From an uncultured Chloroflexia bacterium (GTDB lineage Bacteria; Chloroflexota; Chloroflexia; Thermomicrobiales; UBA6265), in NCBI GenBank assembly GCA_963724295.1, contig CAVRUC010000010.1, forward strand, positions 32,001 through 96,000: a stretch of DNA of 64,000 nucleotides, given 5' to 3'. Positions 41,035-50,590 of the stretch are shown here, one piece after another. A program made the position numbers and the translations under genes. The notes below the pieces were generated by a model. The model was given only the letters and a program-made list of their open reading frames with translations, was not told where the DNA came from and ran no database searches. How positions within the stretch are numbered: the stretch's first letter is position 1; every line of letters begins with the position of its first letter.

Positions 41035-42687
41035 ATGACGCGCCGCGTGAGTCAGAAACCAGAGAACGGGAACAATCGCGAGCCGGAATCTCGCCACGGC
41101 CTCACCTCGCCTGCCATCACCCCATCACCCATCACCCAACACCCATCACCCATCGTCGAGATGCGCGGCATCAGCAAGCGCTTCGGACCGGTCGTGGCTA
41201 ACGATCGTATTTCGCTCGACCTGTGGCCCGGTGAGATCCATGCCGTTCTCGGCGAGAACGGGGCCGGCAAGACCACGCTCATGAACGTTCTCGCCGGCAT
41301 GTACCAGCCCGATTCCGGGACGATCCGCATCGCCGGCCAGGAGGTACGCATCACGTCTCCGGCAGACGCGCTGCACCGCGGCATCGGTACCGTCTATCAG
41401 CACTTCACCCTGGTGCCGAATCTCTCCATCCTGGAGAACGTGGTGCTCGGCGAAAACGGGTTCCTGGTCGATCTCGGCGCCGCCGAAGGCAAGGTAGCGT
41501 CGCTGCTCGCCGACTTCGGGCTCGACGTCTCACCCCACACCGAGATCCGGCACCTGGCCCTGGGTCAGCGCCAGCGCGTCGAGATCATCAAGGTTCTGGT
41601 CCGGGGCTCCCGCGTGCTCCTCCTCGACGAGCCGACCTCCGTGCTCACCCCAGGCGAGGTGACGTCGCTGCTCGACCTGTTGCGTCGCCTGCGTGACCAG
41701 GGTATCGCCGTGGTCCTCATCACCCACAAGCTCGGTGAGGCACTGGCGGTAAGCGACCGTGTCACTATCTTGCGCAGCGGGCGCAACGCCGGTGAGCTGG
41801 GACCCGACGTCATGTCCGGGGCGAACCGGGAGAGCGTGCGCCAGCGCATCGTCGAGCAAATGTTCGGTGGCTCCCAGCCCGCGGAGACGCGTCTGTCCGA
41901 CCGCCACCAGAGCGGCGAAGCCCTGCTCTCGCTGCGCGGCATCTCGACGCTGGGAGACCGCGGCGCCCCGGCGCTGCATGACCTCTCGCTCGATCTGCAC
42001 CGCGGTGAGGTCTTCGGGATCGCCGGAGTCGACGGCAATGGCCAGAAGGAGCTGGGCGAGGTCATTGCCGGTCAGCGGCAGGTCACCTCTGGTCAGGTGA
42101 TTTTCGACGGCGTCGACATCACCAACCGCGGCGTCGCGGCCGCGACACGGATCGGGATCGGCTACGTCACTGACGACCGCCTGGTTGAAGGCTCAGTGGC
42201 GGGCTCCAGCATCACCGACAACATCGCGCTGAAGTCGATTGGCCGCAGGCCGTTCTCCAACGGCTTTTGGCTGAACCGGCGGGCGATGGAGGCCCACGCG
42301 CGCCGTCTGATCGCCGACTTCGACGTCAAGACACCCGGTCCGGATACCGCGATCGGGATGCTCTCAGGGGGCAACATCCAGAAGCTGTTGCTGGCCCGCG
42401 AGCTGGCGCTCGATCCGATGCTGCTCGTCTCCAACAAGCCGACGACCGGACTCGATTTGAGAACTGCCCGCTTCGTGCTGCAGTCCCTGCGCCGGCAAGC
42501 CGACGCCGGCAAGGTCGTGGTCCTGATCTCGTCGGAGCTCGATGAACTGATGGAGGTCAGCGACCGCATCGGCGTGATGTACAACGGGCACCTGGTGGCT
42601 GTCATGCCGCGCGCCGAGGCGGATCTGGAGCTCCTCGGCGACCTCATGCTGGGCGGAGCGAGACGCCCGCGACGGGTACCAGCGTGA
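41035..42687 (+). CDS. Nucleoside-type ABC transporter ATP-binding protein (start may be 41161)
   Basis: GENGAGKT, YQHF, LSGGNIQK. Confidence 0.9.
   Translation: MTRRVSQKPENGNNREPESRHGLTSPAITPSPITQHPSPIVEMRGISKRFGPVVANDRISLDLWPGEIHAVLGENGAGKTTLMNVLAGMYQPDSGTIRIAGQEVRITSPADALHRGIGTVYQHFTLVPNLSILENVVLGENGFLVDLGAAEGKVASLLADFGLDVSPHTEIRHLALGQRQRVEIIKVLVRGSRVLLLDEPTSVLTPGEVTSLLDLLRRLRDQGIAVVLITHKLGEALAVSDRVTILRSGRNAGELGPDVMSGANRESVRQRIVEQMFGGSQPAETRLSDRHQSGEALLSLRGISTLGDRGAPALHDLSLDLHRGEVFGIAGVDGNGQKELGEVIAGQRQVTSGQVIFDGVDITNRGVAAATRIGIGYVTDDRLVEGSVAGSSITDNIALKSIGRRPFSNGFWLNRRAMEAHARRLIADFDVKTPGPDTAIGMLSGGNIQKLLLARELALDPMLLVSNKPTTGLDLRTARFVLQSLRRQADAGKVVVLISSELDELMEVSDRIGVMYNGHLVAVMPRAEADLELLGDLMLGGARRPRRVPA
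41114..41154 (+). repeat. Heptamer tandem repeat (CCATCAC) x about 6
   Basis: CCATCAC C CCATCAC CCATCAC CCAACAC CCATCAC CCATC. Confidence 0.8.
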
Positions 42688-43835
42688 TCCGGCCGGGATC
42701 GGTCCCGTCCCGCTTCACGCCGTTGCTGACGTCGCTCGCCGCCATCGCGGCGGCGCTGATCCTGGGCGGGATGTTCCTGGCATTGCGCGGCAAGGACCCC
42801 ATCGCCGCCTACGGCATGCTGATCAGCCGGGGGCTCGGTACGTCGTATGGCATCACAGAAACGCTGATTCGGATGGCGCCCTTGCTGATCGTCAGCGCGG
42901 GACTGCTCATCTCGCTCCGCGCTGGTGTCTGGAACATCGGTATCGACGGCCAGCTGATGGTCGGCGCCCTCTTCGCGGGGGTGGCGGCGGCGGCGGTTGC
43001 CGGGCAGGTCGCGAGCCCGGTGATGTGGGTAGTGGCGGCGCTGGCCGGGATGACTGGTGGGTTGCTCTGGGCGCTCGTCCCCGGCATTCTGCGCGTGCGC
43101 TGGGGTCTCAACGAGATCATCACCACGTTGATGATGAATTATGTCGCTCTCAACGTGACCTCCTGGCTGGTGAAGGGACCCGTCAAGGACCCGGACGTCG
43201 TCCCGCCGCAGACCGTCCTGATCCCCCGCGAGCTGCGTCTGCCGGCGATCCCCGGCACCACCGTCCACATCGGCCTGCTCGTGGGACTCATCGTGGTGCT
43301 GGTGGTGACTGTCCTCTTTCGCCACACGGTGATCGGCTTCATGCTCGACGTCCTGGGCCGAAATCGCCTCGCGGCCATCCACGCCGGTATGCCGGTCAAT
43401 CGTCTGACGCTGGTCGCGCTGCTGGCCAGCGGCGCCCTGGCCGGGCTGGCCGGAGCGAACGACATCCTGGGCGTAAAGGGGTTGTTCCAAGGCAACTGGA
43501 ACCCGGGATACGGCTTTGCCGCGTTCGCTCTCGTCTATCTCGCCCGGTTGAACAGTCTCTGGATCATCCCCTTCGCCTATTTCCTCTCCTTCCTGGCCAT
43601 CGGTGGCGAGATGATGGCGCGGCCGATGGGGATACCGACTTACTTCGTCGAGATGCTCGAGGGACTGATGCTGATCTGCTTCGCGGTCGCTACTTATGTC
43701 GAGCGGATGCGCTCTCCGTTCGCCCGCGCGGAAGAGGTGGAGACCGGTCCGGCCAACGCCGGCGAACCGCCTGGCCCGCTGTTAGGTGAGGGGCTGCTCG
43801 AGCCGGTCGCGCAGTCGTCCGGAGGTCAGCCGTGA
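42684..43835 (+). CDS. Nucleoside-type ABC permease 1
   Basis: WNIGIDGQ, NEIITTLMMNY, GYGF. Confidence 0.9.
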   Translation: MIRPGSVPSRFTPLLTSLAAIAAALILGGMFLALRGKDPIAAYGMLISRGLGTSYGITETLIRMAPLLIVSAGLLISLRAGVWNIGIDGQLMVGALFAGVAAAAVAGQVASPVMWVVAALAGMTGGLLWALVPGILRVRWGLNEIITTLMMNYVALNVTSWLVKGPVKDPDVVPPQTVLIPRELRLPAIPGTTVHIGLLVGLIVVLVVTVLFRHTVIGFMLDVLGRNRLAAIHAGMPVNRLTLVALLASGALAGLAGANDILGVKGLFQGNWNPGYGFAAFALVYLARLNSLWIIPFAYFLSFLAIGGEMMARPMGIPTYFVEMLEGLMLICFAVATYVERMRSPFARAEEVETGPANAGEPPGPLLGEGLLEPVAQSSGGQP

Positions 43836-44777
43836 CCATCGGCGGCATTCCCCTGGTCGCCTTCGTCACCGCCATGCTGGCCGCGGGTCTGGTGGCCGCC
43901 GCGCCACTAGTGATGGCGGCGCTCGGCGAGGCCGTGGGGGAGAAGTCGGGGCTGCTCAACCTCGGTATCGAGGGGATGATGCTCTGTGGAGCCTTCTTCG
44001 GCTTCTACGCCGCTTACCAGACCGGCGCCGCCGTCTGGGGCGTCGTGGCGGGGATTGCCGCCGGGTTGGCGCTCGGGTTGTTGTTCGCAATCCTGACAGT
44101 TTCCTTGCGCGTCGATCAGGTTCTTGTCGGGCTGGCGATCACCATTTTTGGCGCGGGTCTGACCGCGTTCCTCTACCGGGATATCTTCGGCGGGCAGAAC
44201 CCCTCCCTCAGTGTCGACACACCACGCCTGGCGATCCCGGTGTTGAGTCGAATCCCAATCGTCGGAGATGCGATGTTCAATCAGAGCGTGTTCTTCTATC
44301 TGGCCTTTGCGCTGGTGCCGGTGTTCGCGTTTCTGCTGGCCCGGACGCGCTTCGGCCTCCAAGTGCGCGCTGTGGGTGAGCATCCGTTCGCCGCGGACGC
44401 CGCGGGTGTCGACGTCGCCCGCACACGTTATATCGCCGCCCTGATCGCGGGCGCTATGGCAGGTCTCGCCGGGGCATTTCTCTCGGTGGCGGACTTGAAG
44501 ATCTTCCAGGTCGGGATGACGGTCGGGACGGGGTTCATCGCCCTTGCGTTGACGATGGTCGGCGGCTGGAATCCGTATCGTATCCTGCTGGCCTCGGTAC
44601 TCTTCGGTCTCCTGCGCTCGCTCGGAAACGGTTTGCAAATTCTTGGCATCGACGTCCGCACCGAGTTCATCACCATGCTTCCCTACATCGGGATCATGGT
44701 CGCATCTGGCGCTACTTGCTGGACGAACCTCGCTCCCGGCGGCTCTCGGGGTGCCCTATGCCCGCGGCCGTCGCTGA
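43832..44777 (+). CDS. Nucleoside-type ABC permease 2 (frameshift near 44704)
   Basis: EKSGLLNLGIEG, RAVGEHP, GFIALA; typical PAALGVPYARGRR* tail in the +1 frame. Confidence 0.88.
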
Positions 44778-44919
44778 CCTGCTCGAGCATCATGGGTGAC
44801 GAAGGAGGTGAACCCCGCAGCGAGATGCACGGCAACACAACAAGACGGCACGTCGTGAGCCGTCAGTCGGCAGAGGCACGGCATAGCGAAGCGTCCGTGC
44901 CCGTACAAGGAGAGAACGC

Positions 44920-46002
44920 ATGAACCGACACCGCGTACGTGTGGGACTGATCGCGGCCGTCGCGCTGATTGCGCAGACGGTTCTCGCCGGGCCAATCGCG
45001 GCCCAGGACGCAACGCCGGCGGCCTCGCCCGGCGCCGGCGTGACGGTCGAGCAGATCGCTGTCGTCACCCCAGGCTCGCGCACCAACCAGGGCTGGGATC
45101 AACAGGGAGCCGACGCCGCCGATCAGGTTGCGGAAACGCTGGGCATTGAAAGCATCGTAGCCGAGAACGCCGGCTATGAGGACATCACGCCGATTCTGCG
45201 AGACTTGGCCGCCAGTGGCGCGGATCTGATTTCCTGTCATGCCAGCGGTTATCAGACCGTTTGCGCTGAGTTTGCCGCCGAGGCGAACGTGCCGGTGGCG
45301 GTGACTGAGCTACAGAGCGCCATCGTGCCGGGTCTCGTCTCCTCCATCGACCCCCTGGCCCACGAGGCCGCCTATTTGGCCGGCGTGCTGGCCGGAGAGG
45401 TGACCGAGACCGGCACCGTCGGCGTCGTCGTCTCGGGTGAGCCGCCGACTTGGAACTACATGACGGTCGGCTTCGCCGAGGGGCTGAAGGCGACCAATCC
45501 CGACGCCCAGTTGCTCTACAGCGTGATCGGCGAGGCCGCCTATGACGACGCCGCCGGCGCGAAGCGGGTGACCGAGCAGCAACTCGCCGCCAACGCCGAC
45601 GTCATCTTCGGAATGGGTGACGGCGCTTCCTTCGGCATGATCCAGGCCATCGAAGAGCATAACGCCCAGGATGGAGCCACCAGGGCCTGGTTCATCGACG
45701 TCATCGGCGACAAGACCGCCGAGCACGGCGATGTATTGCTGAGCTCAGTCCTCTTCGACTACAGCGGTGTCTACGAGCAGATGATCGAGGATCTTGCCGC
45801 TGGCACGTTCGGCAAGAGCTACGTCATGAACGTCGAGAATGAGGGCGTCCGTCTCCTCGAACCGCCTGAGGAGATCTCACAAGAGGCGAAGGACGCGGTC
45901 GCCGCAGCACAGGAGCAGATCGTCGGCGGTGAGATCGAGGTGCCGGCGGTCGGCGATGCGGCGGAGATGCAGGCGAGACTGGCTGAGCTCTTCCCGCAGT
46001 AG
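44920..46002 (+). CDS. BMP family ABC substrate-binding protein
   Basis: Signal peptide + AQDATP; QGWDQQG, YLAGVLAG, ADVIFG, FIDVIGD. Confidence 0.88.
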   Translation: MNRHRVRVGLIAAVALIAQTVLAGPIAAQDATPAASPGAGVTVEQIAVVTPGSRTNQGWDQQGADAADQVAETLGIESIVAENAGYEDITPILRDLAASGADLISCHASGYQTVCAEFAAEANVPVAVTELQSAIVPGLVSSIDPLAHEAAYLAGVLAGEVTETGTVGVVVSGEPPTWNYMTVGFAEGLKATNPDAQLLYSVIGEAAYDDAAGAKRVTEQQLAANADVIFGMGDGASFGMIQAIEEHNAQDGATRAWFIDVIGDKTAEHGDVLLSSVLFDYSGVYEQMIEDLAAGTFGKSYVMNVENEGVRLLEPPEEISQEAKDAVAAAQEQIVGGEIEVPAVGDAAEMQARLAELFPQ

Positions 46003-46010
46003 TTGCGCTC

Positions 46011-46092
46011 ACTCCCTATCCCCTCGTCCAACGCAATGGGCGAGGGGTGGGCCCCTCTCCCTTTTGCGAAGGGAGAGGGGTTGAGATGAAGG
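46011..46092. repeat. CIR/BoxC-like palindromic element
   Basis: Two tandem hairpins CCCCTCGTCCA..TGGGCGAGGGG and CCCCTCTCCC TTTTGCGAA GGGAGAGGGG. Confidence 0.65.
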
Positions 46093-46111
46093 TCAGAACG
46101 TGGAGGTGGCG

Positions 46112-47302
46112 ATGACAACACGGACAACCTGGCCGAGGTTGAATCTGGCCGCCGGCCCGGTGCAGGTCACCGAGCAGACGCTGCGTGACGCGGCGCGGCC
46201 GATCCTCTACCACTACGATCCGGCCTTCATCGAGCTCTTTGCCCGCACCAGCGGACTCCTGCAAGATGTGTTTCGCACGAAATATGACGTGGTCATCATG
46301 CAGGGCGAGGCCATCCTCGGACTCGAGGCCGCTGCCGCCGGTCTCCTCTCGCCGGGGGACAAGGTGCTCAATCTCGTCTCCGGGGTCTTCGGCAAGTGGT
46401 TCGAGGACTTTATTCACAAGTACGGCGGCGAGACGATCGAACTGGCTGTCCCGTACAACGACGCGATCGATCCCGAAGACGTCCGCCGGGCGCTTCATGC
46501 CAACCCGGGCGTGAAGTACCTCTCGGTCGTCCACTCCGAGACACCGTCCGGCACCCACAACCCGGTGCAGGCGATCGGCGCCGTCGCTCACGAGTTCGGC
46601 GTGTTGACGATGGTCGATACCGTCTCCGGCCTCGGAGCAGAGCTGCTCAGCCCCGAAGACTGGTGTATGGACATCGCTATCGCTGGTCCTCAGAAGTGCC
46701 TGGGGGGGACACCCGGGCTCTCATTGATGACGATCAGCCCGGCGGCCTGGGAGGCGCTGGAGGCGCGGCAGCCGGAGCCGTTACGGGCCAGCTTCCTCTC
46801 CATTCTGGACTGGAAGAGTGCCTGGCTGGAGGGCAAGCGATTCCCCTACACGCCATCCGTCAGCGAGATGTACAGCCTGGAATCAGTACTGGATCAGACC
46901 CTGGCGGTCGGTATGGAGCGGTTCGTCGACCGCCAGCAAGCCATTGCCCGCGCCTGCCGGGAAGGCGTCAAGGCCCTCGGGCTCGAACTCTGGCCGGCGC
47001 GGGAAGAGATCGCGGCGGCCTGTGTCACCGCGGTCCGTGTGCCCGACGGTATCGACGACGCGAAGCTGCGCGGGACGATGCGCCATCGCTACGGCGTGAT
47101 GATCTCGCCGGGGTATGGCGAGCTTCAGGGCCAGCTCTTCCGGCTCGGACATATGGGACCGGCTCAGGCACACCCGACCGTTCTCGCCGCGCAGCTCGCC
47201 GTCCTGGAGCGGTCGCTAGCCGACCTTGGTTATCCGGTTCAGCTTGGCACAGGAGTCGGCGCGGCCATGGCCGCGCTGGATGAATGGGACGACGAAGGGT
47301 GA
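46112..47302 (+). CDS. ppaT: Pyridoxamine-pyruvate aminotransferase
   Basis: Class V fold with AGPV, LYHYDPAF, QGEAILGLEAAAA, VPYNDAIDP, ETPSG, GPQKCLG, FPYTPSVSE, GHMG, matching recalled M. loti PpaT. Confidence 0.85.
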   Translation: MTTRTTWPRLNLAAGPVQVTEQTLRDAARPILYHYDPAFIELFARTSGLLQDVFRTKYDVVIMQGEAILGLEAAAAGLLSPGDKVLNLVSGVFGKWFEDFIHKYGGETIELAVPYNDAIDPEDVRRALHANPGVKYLSVVHSETPSGTHNPVQAIGAVAHEFGVLTMVDTVSGLGAELLSPEDWCMDIAIAGPQKCLGGTPGLSLMTISPAAWEALEARQPEPLRASFLSILDWKSAWLEGKRFPYTPSVSEMYSLESVLDQTLAVGMERFVDRQQAIARACREGVKALGLELWPAREEIAAACVTAVRVPDGIDDAKLRGTMRHRYGVMISPGYGELQGQLFRLGHMGPAQAHPTVLAAQLAVLERSLADLGYPVQLGTGVGAAMAALDEWDDEG

Positions 47303-47316
47303 AGGGGGGAGCGTAG

Positions 47317-48060
47317 ATGCCAATTTCGGCCAAGGACAAGGCGGTGATCGTCACCGGCGGCGCGGGCGAGATGGGAAGCTCGATCGCGCGCCGGTTGGTC
47401 GACGAGGGCGCGAAGGTCGTCATCGCCGACATCGTCGATGGTTCCGCGCTCGCGGATGAGTTGGGCCGGAATGGGGACGCCATCTACGTCAAGACTGACG
47501 TGACGTCAGAAGAGTCAACAGAAGCGATGGCGCGGGCCGCCGTCGACGCGTACGGTCGCATCGACGCCCTGGTCAACAACGCCGGTTTGTTCACCGCCAA
47601 ACCCTGGGACGAGCTCACCCTCGCCGACTGGCGGGAGCGATTTGCGGTCAACGTCGAAGGCACGTTTCTCGCCGCCAAGGCAGTGGTCCCGGCAATGACC
47701 GAGCAGGGGCGCGGCAGGATCATCAATATCGGCTCCGACACAGTCTGGATGGGAACGCCCGGGTTCGCCCACTACGTGGCGAGCAAAGGCGCGGTACTGG
47801 CCTTCACCCGTGCCATCGCCACCGAGCTTGGTCCGCGCGGTATCACCAGCGTCTACGTGACGCCGACGCTCCTGGAGACGCCCGGCACCCGCTCGGCATT
47901 CCCGCAGGGCCACTTCGACTTCGTGCTCAGTCACACACCGCTCGGGCGTTTCGAGAAACCGGAAGACGTCAACGGGCTGATCGTCTTTCTCGTCTCCGAC
48001 GACGCGGCCTTCATCAACGGCGCGGCGATCAACATCGGGGGCGGCATCAGCATGCACTGA
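47317..48060 (+). CDS. SDR oxidoreductase, candidate pyridoxal 4-dehydrogenase
   Basis: TGGAGEMG, NNAG, GTPGFAHYVASKG, TRAIATELG, C-terminal His; directly downstream of ppaT. Confidence 0.75.
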   Translation: MPISAKDKAVIVTGGAGEMGSSIARRLVDEGAKVVIADIVDGSALADELGRNGDAIYVKTDVTSEESTEAMARAAVDAYGRIDALVNNAGLFTAKPWDELTLADWRERFAVNVEGTFLAAKAVVPAMTEQGRGRIINIGSDTVWMGTPGFAHYVASKGAVLAFTRAIATELGPRGITSVYVTPTLLETPGTRSAFPQGHFDFVLSHTPLGRFEKPEDVNGLIVFLVSDDAAFINGAAINIGGGISMH

Positions 48061-48115
48061 TCGCAAACAGGGTGGAGAGGCACGTCGGCAGTGAACGTTT
48101 CACGAACGAGAGGAC

Positions 48116-49066
48116 ATGATGACCGAGAACTCGATTGAGAAAGTCGCCGTCGTCGGCGCCGGTACGATGGGCCCCGGCATGGCGGCGACGTTCGCCCGCA
48201 ATGGGTTCGATACCGCACTTTACGATGTGAAACCCGAGCAACTGGAGAAGGCGAGAGGTACGGTCGACTTCGTCTACACCACCCTGACCGGCGGCGGCTT
48301 CATGACCGCGGAGGACGCCGATGCGGGACGAGCGCGCATCACGGCCACGACGGATCTCGCGGCAGCGCTCGACGGTGCGAGCTTCGTTGTAGAAACGGTG
48401 CCCGAGCAGAAGGCGCTCAAGCAGCAGGTCTTCAAGGACCTCGAGGCGCAGGTCGGCGACGACGTGATCCTGGCCTCCAATACCTCCGGCATCCCGATCA
48501 CCGAGCTGGCGTCCGTCACTCGCGTGCCTGGTCGAGTCGTCGGCATGCACTGGTCGAACCCGCCGCATCTAATTCCGGTCATCGAGGTGATCCGAGGCGA
48601 GCAGACGAGCGAGGACACAGCGCAACGAACAGTCGAGCTGGTCAAGAGCATCGGCATGGTTCCGGCGATCGTCGATCGCGACGTTGCGGGATTCGTCGAG
48701 AACCGCATTCTCTACGCGATCATGCGCGAGGCGTTGCATCTTCTCGACGAGGGAGTGGCCAGCGCTGAGGCGATCGACACGATTACGAAGTGGGGCATCG
48801 GCTACAAGCTGGCCGTCATCGGGCCGCTGGAGCTCCTGGATATGGCGGGACTCGATATCTACACCAGCGTCGCCAGCTACCTGAACGCGTCACTCAATGC
48901 CTCACCGGACGTGAGCAAGACGGTGACTGACAAGGTTGCCGCCGGGAAGCTGGGCATCAAGACCCAGGGTGGGCTCTTCGACTACACCCCGGAACGGATC
49001 CAGCAGCTGCAGCAGCAGCGTGGCCGCAAGCTGGTTGCCACCCGGAAGGCGCTTGCCGACGCGTAG
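48116..49066 (+). CDS. 3-hydroxyacyl-CoA dehydrogenase fold; 5-formyl-3-hydroxy-2-methylpyridine-4-carboxylate dehydrogenase
   Basis: GTMGPGMAA, GMHWSNPPH, GFVENR, WGIGYKLAVIGP..LLDMAGLDIY, RKLVA as recalled for Mlr6793. Confidence 0.83.
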   Translation: MMTENSIEKVAVVGAGTMGPGMAATFARNGFDTALYDVKPEQLEKARGTVDFVYTTLTGGGFMTAEDADAGRARITATTDLAAALDGASFVVETVPEQKALKQQVFKDLEAQVGDDVILASNTSGIPITELASVTRVPGRVVGMHWSNPPHLIPVIEVIRGEQTSEDTAQRTVELVKSIGMVPAIVDRDVAGFVENRILYAIMREALHLLDEGVASAEAIDTITKWGIGYKLAVIGPLELLDMAGLDIYTSVASYLNASLNASPDVSKTVTDKVAAGKLGIKTQGGLFDYTPERIQQLQQQRGRKLVATRKALADA

Positions 49067-49124
49067 ACCAGCCGCCACAACGAGGTTGACGGATATCACG
49101 GTGCGCGGGACGCTCGTGTCGCCA

Positions 49125-49740
49125 ATGGACGTCGTGGGCCGAACCCAAGGATGTCGCATTGTGGTGACTCTCGTCGCAGTCGCACAGATGTGGATTTCCA
49201 CCGGGTCCGGTCCTCGGCACTCCTGCGACTCCGACCTCCGTTGCGACGCCTAGGTGTGATGTTCCCGCGCGGACACCGGACCAGATCACCGCTCTGCTCG
49301 CCGGCCCGGAGATCGCTACGCCTGCCCCCACCACGGATGGCCAGACACTGCCGCAGGAGTTCCGGCAGACGCGCGATACGGCGGCCACGATGGAGCACAT
49401 AGTGAATCTCTGGCTGGCTTGCCAGAACGCCGGAGAGCAATTGCGCGCATGGTCGCTGTTCAGCGACGGCTACCTCTATCGGTTGCTTTCGCGCCAGGGA
49501 GAATTGTCTGGTGAAGCCTATCGAACGCTGGCGACACCGGCTCCGGTCGCCGAAGAGGTTGCGATAGTTTTGGCGATCGAAGGCGAGCGACTCCTGCCAG
49601 ACGGGCGCTACGGGGCAATGGTCACCGTCGAGTACCCGTCCGTACCGATGCCAAAACGGTTCTTCTTTTTTTTCACAGAGATCGACGGCCGCCTGCTCAT
49701 CGACGGCATCCTCGGGGAGATCTCGTTCTCCGTGCCGTGA
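49125..49740 (+). CDS. Hypothetical secreted protein (frameshift near 49200)
   Basis: Frame of 49390..49740 is open back to about 49170 (TPATP..CDVPART..LACQNAG); signal-like segment in the adjacent frame. Confidence 0.5.
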
Positions 49741-49863
49741 AGTGGGTGATGGGTGGCGGGGTCGCAGGGTGGATAGGGAGATCGATTCCCCCGCCACCCT
49801 GCCACCACGAGCGCAGCGAGTAATCACCCATCACCGTGAGCGCAGCGAACCCTCACCCACGTC

Positions 49864-50130
49864 TCAGTCCCAGCGAACTCCGCAGACCAGCGCCTGGCCC
49901 TGGTCGTCGGTCCACCGCAGCAACTCAGCCAGCTCGTCGTCATCGACGACAAACTGCGTCGCGCAGACCGGGCAGACCACGGCCTGACAGCAGTCGCCGC
50001 GAGCCTCACACCACTCCAGCACACCGCCGATAGTGTGGCAATTCCCCTCGCAGAGGTGCTGGAGAACGGCCAGGACCGCGGGACTGAGACTGTCGGTCGG
50101 TAGGGATTCAACGCGCTGGGCATCGACCAT
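49864..50130 (-). CDS. Small Cys-rich hypothetical (Zn-binding-like) protein
   Basis: HLCEGNCH, WCEARGDCC, CPVC, VCG; GGAGG RBS. Confidence 0.6.
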   Translation of the reverse strand: MVDAQRVESLPTDSLSPAVLAVLQHLCEGNCHTIGGVLEWCEARGDCCQAVVCPVCATQFVVDDDELAELLRWTDDQGQALVCGVRWD

Positions 50131-50227
50131 GCGCCACCTCCTCCGGTGAGAAATCGTCCCCGGCCTCAAAAGACAGCACGATTTGGGCCAGGGAGATGAC
50201 TCGAGCCTACATGAGAGGAGCGAAATG

Positions 50228-50530
50228 TCAAGCAGCGATCGGGTCGATCGACTCGATCTGGGCCGGATCGACGATTCCTAGCGCCACCCAGTAGGCCGCG
50301 CGGTGCTTGCATACGGGATCGTCGTGCAGCGCGGCCGGGCAGGCACAGCCGTGGACGACGCCGCCGGTGACGTCGAGCTCGTAGGCGGCCCGCTGGTTCG
50401 TACCGCTCGTCGCGATCCACCCCCCGGAGCCAACCAGCTGGCGCACTTCGACGCCTTCCTTGCGCGCCCGAGTGAGCGCTGCCCGCCATCGCTCCGGCGT
50501 CGATTCGCGGCGGGGCATCCCGACAACCAT
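50228..50530 (-). CDS. SWIM-type zinc-finger protein
   Basis: YELDV....GCACPA....PVCKH (CxC..CxH). Confidence 0.7.
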   Translation of the reverse strand: MVVGMPRRESTPERWRAALTRARKEGVEVRQLVGSGGWIATSGTNQRAAYELDVTGGVVHGCACPAALHDDPVCKHRAAYWVALGIVDPAQIESIDPIAA

Positions 50531-50590
50531 GATTTCATAACTCCATTCCAGGTTCGGCGAGAATACAGAATCGCCTGATCTAACACCGGT

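Noticed and set aside
48116..49066. Fatty-acid beta-oxidation 3-hydroxyacyl-CoA dehydrogenase
   Set aside because: HWSNPPH instead of HFFNP; no thiolase or hydratase nearby; B6 context
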